Positions 1 to 9,299 of a stretch of 64,000 bases of DNA are shown piece after piece (the first letter of the stretch is position 1; each line of letters opens with the position of its first letter). Origin of the DNA: an uncultured Eubacteriales bacterium (GTDB taxonomy: Bacteria > Bacillota > Clostridia > Oscillospirales > UBA644); contig CAUHAO010000003.1 in assembly GCA_959604355.1 (NCBI GenBank), positions 210 through 64,209 of the forward strand, read 5' to 3'. The position numbers and the translations under genes are program-made. The notes under the pieces were generated by a model. It was given only the letters and a program-made list of their open reading frames with translations. It was not told where the DNA came from and made no database searches.

Positions 1-368
1 AAATACTCATCCACGATCTTCTGAAGTCCAGCCCAGATAGGAAGTGTTGCACACTCTGCACGGCGCGGGCAGGTGTTGACGCTGCCTTCCAGACACGAAA
101 CCGGAGCCATGCTGCCTTCGGTGGCACGCAGAATTTCACCGACAGTGTATTCATCCGGCTTTTTTATCAGACGGTAGCCGCCGCCGGAACCGCGTGATGT
201 TTGCAGAAATCCGGAACGGTTCAGCACAGGGATAATCTGCTCCAAATATTTCTTGGAAATATCCTGCCGTTCGGCAATATCTTTAAGAGCAACAAAATCC
301 TCGTTTTTATGTTCGGCAAGATCTATCATCATTCGGAGTGCATAGCGTCCTCGTGTAGAAATCATCAT
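1..368 (-). CDS. Rrf2 family transcriptional regulator (3' end runs off the window)
   Basis: Hand translation of the minus strand from ATG at 368 gives MMISTRGRYALRMMIDLAEHKNEDFVALKDIAERQDISKKYLEQIIPVLNRSGFLQTSRGSGGGYRL..., a typical Rrf2 winged-helix N-terminus. There is a purine-rich RBS upstream and no stop before position 1. Confidence 0.8.
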   Translation of the reverse strand, partial: MMISTRGRYALRMMIDLAEHKNEDFVALKDIAERQDISKKYLEQIIPVLNRSGFLQTSRGSGGGYRLIKKPDEYTVGEILRATEGSMAPVSCLEGSVNTCPRRAECATLPIWAGLQKIVDEY

Positions 369-761
369 ATATACACCATCCTTTCAATAATACTATTATA
401 CCATAGGTTTTGTAAGTTTTCAAGGGGGGACACATTAGTTTAACATTTTTTTGTTGAGGCATTTTGAATGCGGGACAATCATTGTCTTCTCTTGATAGTA
501 TGATATATGTAATAATCCGTACTGCTTTCATTATATCAATAGATTGTTAATCCGTGCCGGTTTTACAGGGCAAAAATTGTGTTTTCTTATAGTCTTTTTT
601 ATAATGACAGAACATAAAAACGCAAAAAGCAGATAGCCGCCAAAATACATTGGTTTCTACCTGCTCTTTACTTGCTTCATACCTTAAAAAGGTTTTTCAA
701 AATACCGTCTTATGCGGCTGTGTCATTGGGAAGTTGGTTATATATCTGGATATATCCGGTT

Positions 762-1589
762 TCAGTTTTCTTTTTTCTTTGAATACGATACGGCAAAAGC
801 ATATGATACTGCGAGCAAAGCAGCTGCCGATGCCGCAAGGAGAATGTTACCGTCGGAAGTTTCGGGGTTTTTAACCTCGGGTTCGCAAGAGACCCAATGC
901 CACTCACCGTCGGCTCCTTTTTCGTACGTCTGGATATATACTGTGAACGCAGACGCGTATTTTTCGCCGAGAGTCCTGTCTGTCGAGGCAGAGAAATAAT
1001 TGCGCTCGATGTAAAGCTCTCCGGCAAATCCGGCGCCCGGTTCTGTTTCGGCGGTTGTTTTGTAGTTGTATTCCGGAAGATTCAGTTCATCTGTTTTTTC
1101 AGCGATGCCTTCACGGACAGTCAGCGTGTTTCCTTTGAATTTATAATCAAACAAAAATCTGACGTCTGCTTTGCCTCCGGAAACAGGGTCGCATGAGAAC
1201 GCCACACCGTCGGCGGAGAACACGAGTTTGTATTGCGGGTCGAAATCAAGCTCTTTGCCGTTGACATCGGGCATTTCTTTGTTGAACATTTTCTTGTATT
1301 GCGCTCGGAATTCTTCTGTTTTGACGCTTACCCCGTCAAAGACGGCGGTGTCGAGAATGGGGAGAAATTTTTTGGCGGTGTAGATGAGCTTTTCGTCGAC
1401 GGAAAGCGATTCTGCGCAGACAAGTTTGTTTTCATGGACGTCCGGCGTCAAACTGTCATAAATTTTGCTTACAGAAAGCCCTTCATCGGCTGTGTCTGAT
1501 TCTGCCTGCGCGTAAACAACGGCGCAGCAGGTGAACATTAACGAAATCGCCATAACAATCGCCGCGGTGCAAATAATGAATTTTTTCAT
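762..1589 (-). CDS. Secreted/cell-surface hypothetical protein (signal peptide + C-terminal hydrophobic anchor)
   Basis: 275-aa ORF with RBS aaaggaga. Signal peptide is MKKFIICTAAIVMAISLMFTCCAVVYAQA. The C-terminus NPETSDGNILLAASAAALLAVSYAFAVSYSKKKEN reads as short motif + helix + KKK. No family recognised. Confidence 0.6.
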   Translation of the reverse strand: MKKFIICTAAIVMAISLMFTCCAVVYAQAESDTADEGLSVSKIYDSLTPDVHENKLVCAESLSVDEKLIYTAKKFLPILDTAVFDGVSVKTEEFRAQYKKMFNKEMPDVNGKELDFDPQYKLVFSADGVAFSCDPVSGGKADVRFLFDYKFKGNTLTVREGIAEKTDELNLPEYNYKTTAETEPGAGFAGELYIERNYFSASTDRTLGEKYASAFTVYIQTYEKGADGEWHWVSCEPEVKNPETSDGNILLAASAAALLAVSYAFAVSYSKKKEN

Positions 1590-2100
1590 GTGGTAAGTCT
1601 CCTTTAAAATATATAGTTTTATATGACTTCATTTACGAAAGGGTATAATAATTAAACAAAAGCTGTTCCCTCAAACATCTCTAATATATTTTTTCTCTCG
1701 AAATTAAACCTATATAGTTTGACGACTTTTTATTCTGTTATGCATGGTAAAAAGTCTTAGCCGGATTTTTGATTTTACACAGATTTTGATTCTGAATACC
1801 CGTAAAAGCTTCGCATTCTGTTCCCGTCCGTATCTCATATTCCTCTTTATTCGATAAGTACCAACGCTCTCTTTATCCCCAAATACTTGTAACATTTGTA
1901 AGTTGCCGTAAATTTGCTCTGCTATATTAACTTTATCATATAAAGCTCTGTTTGTCAAGAGATATCGAGAAAAAATGTAGAGCAGAAGATGTTTTTTAGT
2001 GTGGGTTTTCGCAAAAACACATTCTTCCACTTGAAATCTATTTCAAAATATGGTAATATATCCGCAGGAAATAAAACGAAAATCGCAAGGAGATGGCATA

Positions 2101-4272
2101 ATGCATAAAGAATTTTACGAGTCGATGAGAAAGGCGAAGGCGCTTGTCGGACAAATGACGCTTACAGAGAAGGTTGCCCAGCTTTCTATGTACGCGCCCG
2201 GAACGGCGGGAAACAACACATATAACCCGAAAGTCAAGGACGACGGCTCGGACGCGGATTATTACGGCGGCGTCGGCGCGTTTCTTTGTTACAGCGGAAA
2301 AAAGCAGATAAAAGAGATACAGGACAAAGTTTTGCGCGACAATCCGAAGTGCGTCCCCGCGTTTTTCGCAAACGACGTCGTTCACGGTGACCTCACGACG
2401 ATGCCAACTCCGTTGGCGCAGTCCTGCTCATGGGAGCCCGAAATAACACGTGAATGCTGTGAGGTTGCGGCGCGTGAGGCATATAACAACGGTACGCGCT
2501 GGACTTTCGCGCCGATGGTGGATATCGCGCGTGACCCGCGCTGGGGCAGAATAGTCGAGGGCTTCGGCGAAGATCCGTTGCTTTGTTCCGATTTCGCGGC
2601 GGCGTCGGTAAAAGGTTTTCAAGGTGACGAACTCGGAAAACCCGGTCATGTCATGGCGTGCATGAAGCACTTCGCGGGGTACGGCGCGTGCGAGGGCGGA
2701 CGCGATTACGCAGCGGCGGAATTGTCGGAACAGGTGCTGCGCGACGTATATCTGCCGTCGTTCAAGGCAGGTCTCGACGCGGGTGCGGCAACTTTCATGG
2801 CGTCCTTCAATACGATAAACGGTGTGCCGTCGAGCGGCAATAAAAAACTGCTTTCCGATATTCTTCGTGACGAATGGGGCTTTGAGGGCTTCGTCGTCAG
2901 CGATTACAACGGCATAACGGAAATGATAAACCACGGCTTCGCGGAAGATGAGAAAGACGCTGTGTGCAAGGCGTTCAACGCGGGACTTGATATGGTAATG
3001 GTAGGCAACGCGTATAACAACTACTTGCCCGAACTCGTCGAAGAGGGCAAGGTCAGCGAGGAAAAGATAACTCACAGCGCGGAAATAGTCGTCGCGTTCA
3101 AATATTTGCTCGGACTCATGGACGATCCTGAAATAAATGAGGATATGTCGATGTATCTCTGTCCCGAACACAGGGCGGTCGCACTCAAGGCAGCGGAAAA
3201 CTGTATCGTTTTGCTTGAAAATAACGGAATTCTGCCTCTTAAACCCGAAACCTGCAGCGGTAAGACTATTGCGGTTGTCGGGCCTATCGCGGACGACAGG
3301 GAAGAGGTACTCGGCTCATGGGCGGGCAGAGACGATGAACAGTACACGGTCTCCGTTCTCGACGCTATTAAAGAGGTTTACGGTGAATATGCGACGGTAA
3401 ACTACAAGCGCGGCGTTGATTTTGTGAAGGATGAACCGTTTGATCAGAGCGCTGTTGACATGGCGGCGAAAGCGGATATCATCATCGCCGTAATGGGCGA
3501 ACCCAGATGGATCACGGGCGAGGCGGCATCACAGAGCGTAATTGACGTGAAAGGACGACAGAACGATTTTATCAGGGCTCTGCGCGCTACCGGAAAACCC
3601 ATCATCACGCTTTTCTCCGGCGGTAGACCGACGATACTTAATGATATGAAAGAATCATCCGACGCGCTCATGCTTATCTGGCAGGGCGGCACGGAGGCGG
3701 GACACGCGGCGGTCAATGTTCTCACGGGCAAGCATAATCCGTCGGGACGTCTTACGACATCCTTTCCCGCACACTGCGGACAGATACCTGTCAACTACAA
3801 TCATCTGCGAACGGGAAGACCTGCACTCGGAGAGAATCATCAAGGCTATGTCAGCAGATACAGAGATATTCCTCTTTATCCGCTTTACACGTTCGGCTAC
3901 GGACTGTCTTACACGGATTTTGAGTATTCCGACATGTGCCTTTCCGCTGACAGCATGAAAGCCAACGGCAGTATCAAGGTTTCAGTAAAGGTCAGAAACG
4001 CGGGCAAATACGCGGGACACGATGTCGTCCAGCTTTATATCCGCGATATCGCGGCGAGCATCTGCCAGCCTGTCAAGGAACTCAAGGGCTATAAGAAGAT
4101 TTATCTCGAGGCGGGCGAAGTCCGCACCGTAACGTTCGATCTTTCGGCACAGAGCCTTGCGTTCACGAACGCGGAAATGAAAAAAGTCGTCGAGCCCGGT
4201 AAATTCTACGTCTGGGTTGCGCACAATTCTCTTGATGATGCGCTTCAGGCGGAATTTACCGTTGAAGAATAA
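2101..4272 (+). CDS. Glycoside hydrolase family 3 (beta-glucosidase/beta-xylosidase-like)
   Basis: ATG at 2101 is preceded by aaggaga; the track ORF starts earlier at 2050. GH3 hallmarks are present: DPRWGR, KHFAGYG, the nucleophile region GFVVSDY, and a C-terminal FnIII-like domain. Confidence 0.9.
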   Translation: MHKEFYESMRKAKALVGQMTLTEKVAQLSMYAPGTAGNNTYNPKVKDDGSDADYYGGVGAFLCYSGKKQIKEIQDKVLRDNPKCVPAFFANDVVHGDLTTMPTPLAQSCSWEPEITRECCEVAAREAYNNGTRWTFAPMVDIARDPRWGRIVEGFGEDPLLCSDFAAASVKGFQGDELGKPGHVMACMKHFAGYGACEGGRDYAAAELSEQVLRDVYLPSFKAGLDAGAATFMASFNTINGVPSSGNKKLLSDILRDEWGFEGFVVSDYNGITEMINHGFAEDEKDAVCKAFNAGLDMVMVGNAYNNYLPELVEEGKVSEEKITHSAEIVVAFKYLLGLMDDPEINEDMSMYLCPEHRAVALKAAENCIVLLENNGILPLKPETCSGKTIAVVGPIADDREEVLGSWAGRDDEQYTVSVLDAIKEVYGEYATVNYKRGVDFVKDEPFDQSAVDMAAKADIIIAVMGEPRWITGEAASQSVIDVKGRQNDFIRALRATGKPIITLFSGGRPTILNDMKESSDALMLIWQGGTEAGHAAVNVLTGKHNPSGRLTTSFPAHCGQIPVNYNHLRTGRPALGENHQGYVSRYRDIPLYPLYTFGYGLSYTDFEYSDMCLSADSMKANGSIKVSVKVRNAGKYAGHDVVQLYIRDIAASICQPVKELKGYKKIYLEAGEVRTVTFDLSAQSLAFTNAEMKKVVEPGKFYVWVAHNSLDDALQAEFTVEE

Positions 4273-4334
4273 ACCAGATATGTGAAAAACATATAAAAAT
4301 CGAGATGAATTCCGATTCATGGAGGTGAAATCAC

Positions 4335-4715
4335 ATGTGGTTTTGGTGGTTTATGTTTGTTTGCAATATGTTATATTCTGTTGCAATGATTGTTGGCGGC
4401 CGGTTTATGTGGAAGCACTGCTCGAAAAAAATCAATTATATAGCCGGCTACAGATCAAAGCGTTCTATGATAAATAAGGATACATGGAAATTTGCAAATG
4501 AGGATTGCGGGAAACGGTGGTGGAAAACAGGTTGGATCATGCTTGTTCCGACAGTTCTGATACAAATTCCGTTCTATGGAAAAAGCGACGATGCTATTGG
4601 ATGGATTGGGTTGGCAATATGCATAGTGGAGAGTACTGTTTTGCTAGTGTCAATTATTCCAACCGAAAGGGCCTTAAAAGCATCATTTACGGATGAAGGG
4701 GTCAGAAAGCAGTGA
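4335..4715 (+). CDS. SdpI/YhfL-family small membrane protein
   Basis: 126 aa with 3-4 hydrophobic helices. INYIAGYRSKRSMINKDTWKFANEDCGKRWWKTGW matches the SdpI-family N..GYR...S.....W..A core as I remember it. Confidence 0.55.
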   Translation: MWFWWFMFVCNMLYSVAMIVGGRFMWKHCSKKINYIAGYRSKRSMINKDTWKFANEDCGKRWWKTGWIMLVPTVLIQIPFYGKSDDAIGWIGLAICIVESTVLLVSIIPTERALKASFTDEGVRKQ

Positions 4716-4996
4716 ACGAGACGTCTTTCGGTTTGTAGGACTGCCATTGTAAATACCTTTAGGAGCTGAATGGCGAACTTTTATACTCTCCTGTCGGGAG
4801 TATCTTGCGTTCTTCGGAGCTTCATTTTCTGTCAGCAGAATGAACTGACAGCCTTCGAATGTTTCGTCACTCAGTTTCGTCATGGTAACCGCCACTTGCG
4901 CCGCTGATACGGCTATCTACTGCGGATATGCCGTCTGCAAACGATTCTGACAAACAGGCCACCTCCGGCAGGTTTGAAATATTAAACATAAATACA

Positions 4997-5028
4997 AGCA
5001 TCCGTATGACAATAATCATACGGATGCT
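4997..5028. terminator. Hairpin terminator between convergent sdpI-like and cwlD genes
   Basis: 13-bp perfect stem AGCATCCGTATGA / TCATACGGATGCT with a 6-nt loop. There are T-rich tracts on the minus-strand side. Confidence 0.5.
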
Positions 5029-5090
5029 CAGTTGCTTTTCGGACTCCGCCCGATAGCAGGGGGTATTCGTTTGCTCCTGTCCGCCGTTCA

Positions 5091-5786
5091 TTATTCCGCA
5101 CACGTTACACCGCAGAATACCGTCGCGGCAAACGCGGTGCGGTAGTCGGGCTGAGACAGCAGTGCGCAGTCGTCGGGGTTCGTCATGAAACCGAATTCGA
5201 CGAGGACGGAGGTGTTGGGTATGGTTTTGAAAATATATACCGTGTCGGGCGACATCTTCACGTCGCGCAGACGTGTTGTTAGTCCCGATTTGCCGACTGC
5301 GGCAGATATTGAGTCTGCAAGCGCCTTGCTTCGTTCCGATTTTCTGCCGTAGAACGCGGTGAAGCCCTGGTCGCGCGCCGCGCCGGAGGCGTTCATATGT
5401 ACGCCGAGAAATATTGCATCTGGATTTTGCTGGCCGACCGCCGCACGTGCGACGATATCGTCATGTTTGTGAAAGCCGTCCTGGCCGTCTGTATCCGTGT
5501 CTTCGGTTCGCGTCATTATCACGTCATAACCTCCGAAGAGGAAAATATCGCGCATGCAAAGTGCCATGGCGAGGTTGATGTCTTTCTCGTTTGAGCCGTT
5601 TACCCCCGTCGCGCCGCCGTCCTGCCCGCCGTGACCCGCGTCAATGATGACTGCCGGGCGCAGCGGTGTGATATTGTTGTTTATTACCTGCGCGGACTTT
5701 CCGCTTCTTATAAAAACCGCCCATATTCCCGTTAATAAGAGAGCGAACATCAGTGCATAAGCCGCGTAAAACCGTAAAATCTTCAT
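5091..5786 (-). CDS. cwlD: N-acetylmuramoyl-L-alanine amidase, CwlD-like (spore cortex)
   Basis: Amidase_3 motifs are present: VIIDAGHGGQDGGATG, EKDINL, GVHMNA, LVEFGFMTN. There is a single N-terminal TM helix. ATG at 5786 has RBS aagggg 8 nt upstream; the track ORF begins at a GTG at 5795. Confidence 0.75.
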   Translation of the reverse strand: MKILRFYAAYALMFALLLTGIWAVFIRSGKSAQVINNNITPLRPAVIIDAGHGGQDGGATGVNGSNEKDINLAMALCMRDIFLFGGYDVIMTRTEDTDTDGQDGFHKHDDIVARAAVGQQNPDAIFLGVHMNASGAARDQGFTAFYGRKSERSKALADSISAAVGKSGLTTRLRDVKMSPDTVYIFKTIPNTSVLVEFGFMTNPDDCALLSQPDYRTAFAATVFCGVTCAE

Positions 5787-5916
5787 AGGAGACACCCCTT
5801 ATATAAAAAAATCGTACATAATATCAAAAAAATACGGAACACCCCTTGAAATTTGCGCGGAAATGTAGTATAATGACAAAGTAATTAAAATGTTACTTAT
5901 TTTTGGAGGTACTACA

Positions 5917-6474
5917 ATGTATTCCGCAGGCGATTTCAGAAACGGACTTACCTTCGATCTTGACGGAACAGTTTATTCCGTAGTCGAATTTCAGCACGTT
6001 AAACCCGGCAAAGGAGCTGCTTTTGTCAGAACAAAGCTCAAGAACGTTGTTACCGGCGGCGTAGTCGAAAAGACTTTCTCTCCCACAGAGAAATTCCCCG
6101 CTGCTTTTGTTGAAAGAAAAGATATGGAATATCTTTACAACGACGGCGATCTTTATTATTTCATGGATCAGGAGACCTACGAACAGGTTCCGCTTAACTC
6201 AGACGTTCTTCCCGACAACTTCAAGTTCGTCAAGGAAAACACCATCGTCAAGATCCTTTCCATAAAAGGCAAGGTGTTCAGCGTTGAGCCTCCGTTCTTT
6301 ATGGATCTCGTTGTCACCGAGACCGAGCCTGCCGTCAGAGGCGATACTTCCACCAATGCGCTTAAGAGCGCTACTCTTGAAACCGGAGCGGAGATCAAAG
6401 TCCCCATGTTCATTCAGGAAGGCGAAAAGATCCGCATAGATACCAGAACCGGCGAATATATGGAACGTGCGTAA
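5917..6474 (+). CDS. efp: Elongation factor P
   Basis: [43 protein letters not shown]... is a textbook EF-P sequence. ATG at 5917 follows ggagg. Confidence 0.95.
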   Translation: MYSAGDFRNGLTFDLDGTVYSVVEFQHVKPGKGAAFVRTKLKNVVTGGVVEKTFSPTEKFPAAFVERKDMEYLYNDGDLYYFMDQETYEQVPLNSDVLPDNFKFVKENTIVKILSIKGKVFSVEPPFFMDLVVTETEPAVRGDTSTNALKSATLETGAEIKVPMFIQEGEKIRIDTRTGEYMERA

Positions 6475-6576
6475 GCTTCGCGATTAATTGAATTAAAAAA
6501 GAAAATCCGGTTTTATGTTAAGAGTGAAAGCTTTTATGATGAAGCCGGATTTTTTGGTTGAAAAGAGGTTTTTTGT

Positions 6577-6999
6577 ATGAGATATACCGATGAGGCGAGA
6601 TTCCTTCTTGAACGTATCGAAGCAATCGACGCGGACAAGCCTGAAAAGGAACTGCTGGGTGTCCAGAAAAGTCTTGCACAGCTGGTTTGCAAACTTGCAG
6701 AGGAATTTGATCTGATTTGCGAGCGCATAGAAACATTAGACGAGGCTGCGGACACGATCAGCGAAGCGATACTCGATCTTCGCGATAAAGTTGATGTGAA
6801 ACAGACTCAAAACAATGACAACGGAGCGGAAAAAGACGCGAAATCACTACTCGGTATCGACGATGATGACGACGATTTCGAGAATTATGTCCATTGCCCG
6901 CATTGCAATACTCTGATATTTGTTACCGATACCGATACTAAGGAACTTTCTTGCCCGTTCTGCAATGAAAAATTTACTAAAGAGGACGTAGGGCTGTGA
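6577..6999 (+). CDS. Acidic hypothetical protein with C-terminal zinc ribbon
   Basis: 140 aa with RBS aagagg. It has a D/E-rich centre (IDDDDDDFE) and a CPHC...(17 aa)...CPFC motif at the C-terminus. Confidence 0.55.
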   Translation: MRYTDEARFLLERIEAIDADKPEKELLGVQKSLAQLVCKLAEEFDLICERIETLDEAADTISEAILDLRDKVDVKQTQNNDNGAEKDAKSLLGIDDDDDDFENYVHCPHCNTLIFVTDTDTKELSCPFCNEKFTKEDVGL

Positions 7000-7679
7000 A
7001 GGGCAATGCAGGCGGAAGAATTTCCGAAGTGAAATTACGGAAGCGTATGGCGGTCATGCTTTCGGGAATATTTATAATGGGTATAGCTGTCGCGCTGGCG
7101 CGCATTGCGGATTTCGGAACGGATCCGTGCACAACGATGAATCTCGGCGTTTCGGGGTTTATTTCGTCGCACGGCGTATACTGGCTGACATTCGGAACGT
7201 ACCAGTTGTTTTTCAACATCGCTCTGCTTGCCGTGATATTCTTTTTTGACAGGACGCTCATAGGTGCGGCAACGCTTGTGAACATGGTCTGTGTAGGCTA
7301 CCTCTCCGATTTCTTTGTATATCTTTATTCCATCTTTACGTCAGGTATTCCGACACCCTTATGGCTCAGGTCGATCTTCCTTATTGTATTTGTACCGTTG
7401 GGCAGCCTTGCCTGTTCAATGTATATGTCCGCGGATCTCGGAGCCGCGCCGTATGACGGTGTGGCGCCAATGCTTGTGAAACTTTTTCACGGAAGGCTTT
7501 CTTTTCGTGCCGCAAGACTTGCAACTGATATTTTTGCAGTCGCCGTCGGGTTCCTTTTCGGTGCGACCGTGGGGATAGGAACTCTGCTGATGGCGCTTAC
7601 ATCAGGACCTCTGATGCAGTTTTTTAACAAGAAGATCGAGAAGGTTTTCGTTTTAAAGTCCGATGAGAGGAGTTCGTGA
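6996..7679 (+). CDS. Integral membrane protein, YczE/YitT-like (tentative)
   Basis: Multi-helix hydrophobic ORF with a GTG start overlapping the upstream stop. The N-terminal KLRKR + GIFIMGIAVALARIADFGTDP pattern resembles YczE-type proteins. An alternative ATG lies at 7047. Confidence 0.5.
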   Translation: MKGNAGGRISEVKLRKRMAVMLSGIFIMGIAVALARIADFGTDPCTTMNLGVSGFISSHGVYWLTFGTYQLFFNIALLAVIFFFDRTLIGAATLVNMVCVGYLSDFFVYLYSIFTSGIPTPLWLRSIFLIVFVPLGSLACSMYMSADLGAAPYDGVAPMLVKLFHGRLSFRAARLATDIFAVAVGFLFGATVGIGTLLMALTSGPLMQFFNKKIEKVFVLKSDERSS

Positions 7680-9070
7680 TGACTCAGAAGATGAATGTGT
7701 GTCTGCTCAATGATTCTTTTCCGCCTATGATAGACGGAGTCGTGAATACCGTTGTCAATTACGCGACGATAATACAGGAAAAGTACGGCGATGTCCTTGT
7801 TGCCACGCCCGATTTCCCCGATGCGGTGGATAATTATTCGTTTCAAGTCTGCCGTTACAGAAGTTTTGACACAATGAAAAAGATGGGATACCGTACAGGG
7901 TATCCGTTCAGTGCGCAGGCTGTGAAGTCTGTCAATGATTTCAAGCCGGAAATATTCCACAGCCATTGCCCGGTAATGTCAAACCTTTTTGTACGCACTT
8001 TGCGCGAAAGCATCGACGCACCGCTGGTAATGACTTATCATTCTAAATTTGATGTTGACATTAAACGGGTCATTGATTCAAAACTTCTCCAGGCAGCGGC
8101 GGTAAAAGCAATCGCCAATAATATATCCGCCAGCGATGAGGTCTGGGTGGTCAGCCGCGGGGCTGGCGAAAATCTTCGTCAGTTGGGCTATCAGGGGGAT
8201 TATCGCGTGATGCACAACGGCGTCGATTTTCCGAAGGGGCGCGTGGGAGATGCTGAATGTGCCTCGCTGCGTAAAAAGCACGGAATTTCCGAGGATGAGA
8301 CCGTTTTTCTTTTTGTCGGCAGAATGTACTGGTATAAAAACCAGAAAATATCGATCGACGGGCTTGCAAAGACGAAAGCCGACGGGGGAAAATTCAAGAT
8401 GATATTTATCGGCGACGGCGGAGATTTCGAAGATATAAAGAAATACGCGCAGGATGCCGGAATAGGTGAAGACTGTATATTTACCGGGGCAATCCGTGAC
8501 CGCGATCTTTTGCGTGCGTATTTCTGCATAAGCGATTTGTTCCTTTTCCCCTCGCTTTATGATACAAACGGTATCGTCGTGCGCGAAGCCGCGGCGTGCT
8601 CCGTTCCGAGCGTGACTATCAAAGGCTCATGCGCGGCGGAAGATATCGTTGATATGGAAACGGGCCTCGTAATAGACGAAAACGCCGACGCAATGGCTGC
8701 GGCGACGCTCTGGGCGTGTCGCAACCGTGAAGAGGTCAAGGCTCTCGGGGACAGAGCACTCAAAGGGCTGTATATGTCGTGGGATGACGCTGTCGGACTT
8801 GCGTATGAAAGATACGGTGAAATCCTCGATGATTATAAGAGCGGAAAGATAAAACGCCATTCCGTGCCTTTTGACGACGTGTTTGTGATTATGTCGGACG
8901 TTTGCTCTGCGATAACCAAAACGCGCGATTTCGGAAGCGGGTTCGTCGAAAAGACGAAAAAGATTATTACTTCTTCCGAAGAGAAGCTTTCCGTTCGCAA
9001 GGAACAGAAACTTGAAAGACGCGATGTGAAAAAGAAACGCCGTAAGTCTGTGACCAAAGAAGAAAAATAA
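7676..9070 (+). CDS. Glycosyltransferase family 4 (GT-B fold) with Lys/Glu-rich C-terminal extension
   Basis: The N-terminus NDSFPPMIDGVVNTV and the C-terminal half GDG...FPSLYDTNGIVVREAAACSVP are typical GT4. The start forms an ATGA overlap with the upstream gene. The last ~60 aa are a highly charged K/E/R tail. Confidence 0.8.
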   Translation: MMTQKMNVCLLNDSFPPMIDGVVNTVVNYATIIQEKYGDVLVATPDFPDAVDNYSFQVCRYRSFDTMKKMGYRTGYPFSAQAVKSVNDFKPEIFHSHCPVMSNLFVRTLRESIDAPLVMTYHSKFDVDIKRVIDSKLLQAAAVKAIANNISASDEVWVVSRGAGENLRQLGYQGDYRVMHNGVDFPKGRVGDAECASLRKKHGISEDETVFLFVGRMYWYKNQKISIDGLAKTKADGGKFKMIFIGDGGDFEDIKKYAQDAGIGEDCIFTGAIRDRDLLRAYFCISDLFLFPSLYDTNGIVVREAAACSVPSVTIKGSCAAEDIVDMETGLVIDENADAMAAATLWACRNREEVKALGDRALKGLYMSWDDAVGLAYERYGEILDDYKSGKIKRHSVPFDDVFVIMSDVCSAITKTRDFGSGFVEKTKKIITSSEEKLSVRKEQKLERRDVKKKRRKSVTKEEK

Positions 9071-9088
9071 GTTGACGAAAAATAAGTT

Positions 9089-9115
9089 GACGGGGGCCTT
9101 GTGTCCCCGTCTTTT
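9089..9115 (+). terminator. Rho-independent terminator after GT4 gene
   Basis: GACGGGG-gccttgtgt-CCCCGTC followed by TTTT. Confidence 0.6.
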
Positions 9116-9220
9116 AATAAGATCGCAGGAATAATTTCACAGTATTTTAATAAATAATTTGTGAACTTTTATGCTATTTAACAAAAAATACAGCAAATCG
9201 AAGTGATTACGATTTTTTTA

Positions 9221-9249
9221 TTGACAAAAAACGTAAGATACTGTATAAT
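9221..9249 (+). promoter_or_regulatory. Sigma-A type promoter for first CBM9-like gene
   Basis: TTGACA (9221-9226), a 17-nt spacer, then TATAAT (9244-9249) with TG at -15/-14. Confidence 0.5.
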
Positions 9250-9299
9250 ATTATTAAAGATCAAAGCAAATAATAACTGAAAATACGGAGGAGTATTTT

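Noticed and set aside
4716-5090. Possible gene remnant (minus-strand MTKLSDETFEG... resembles a thioredoxin-like N-terminus) between the sdpI-like gene and cwlD
   Set aside because: The similarity is limited to ~12 residues with no CxxC motif downstream, so it is too weak to call a pseudogene.
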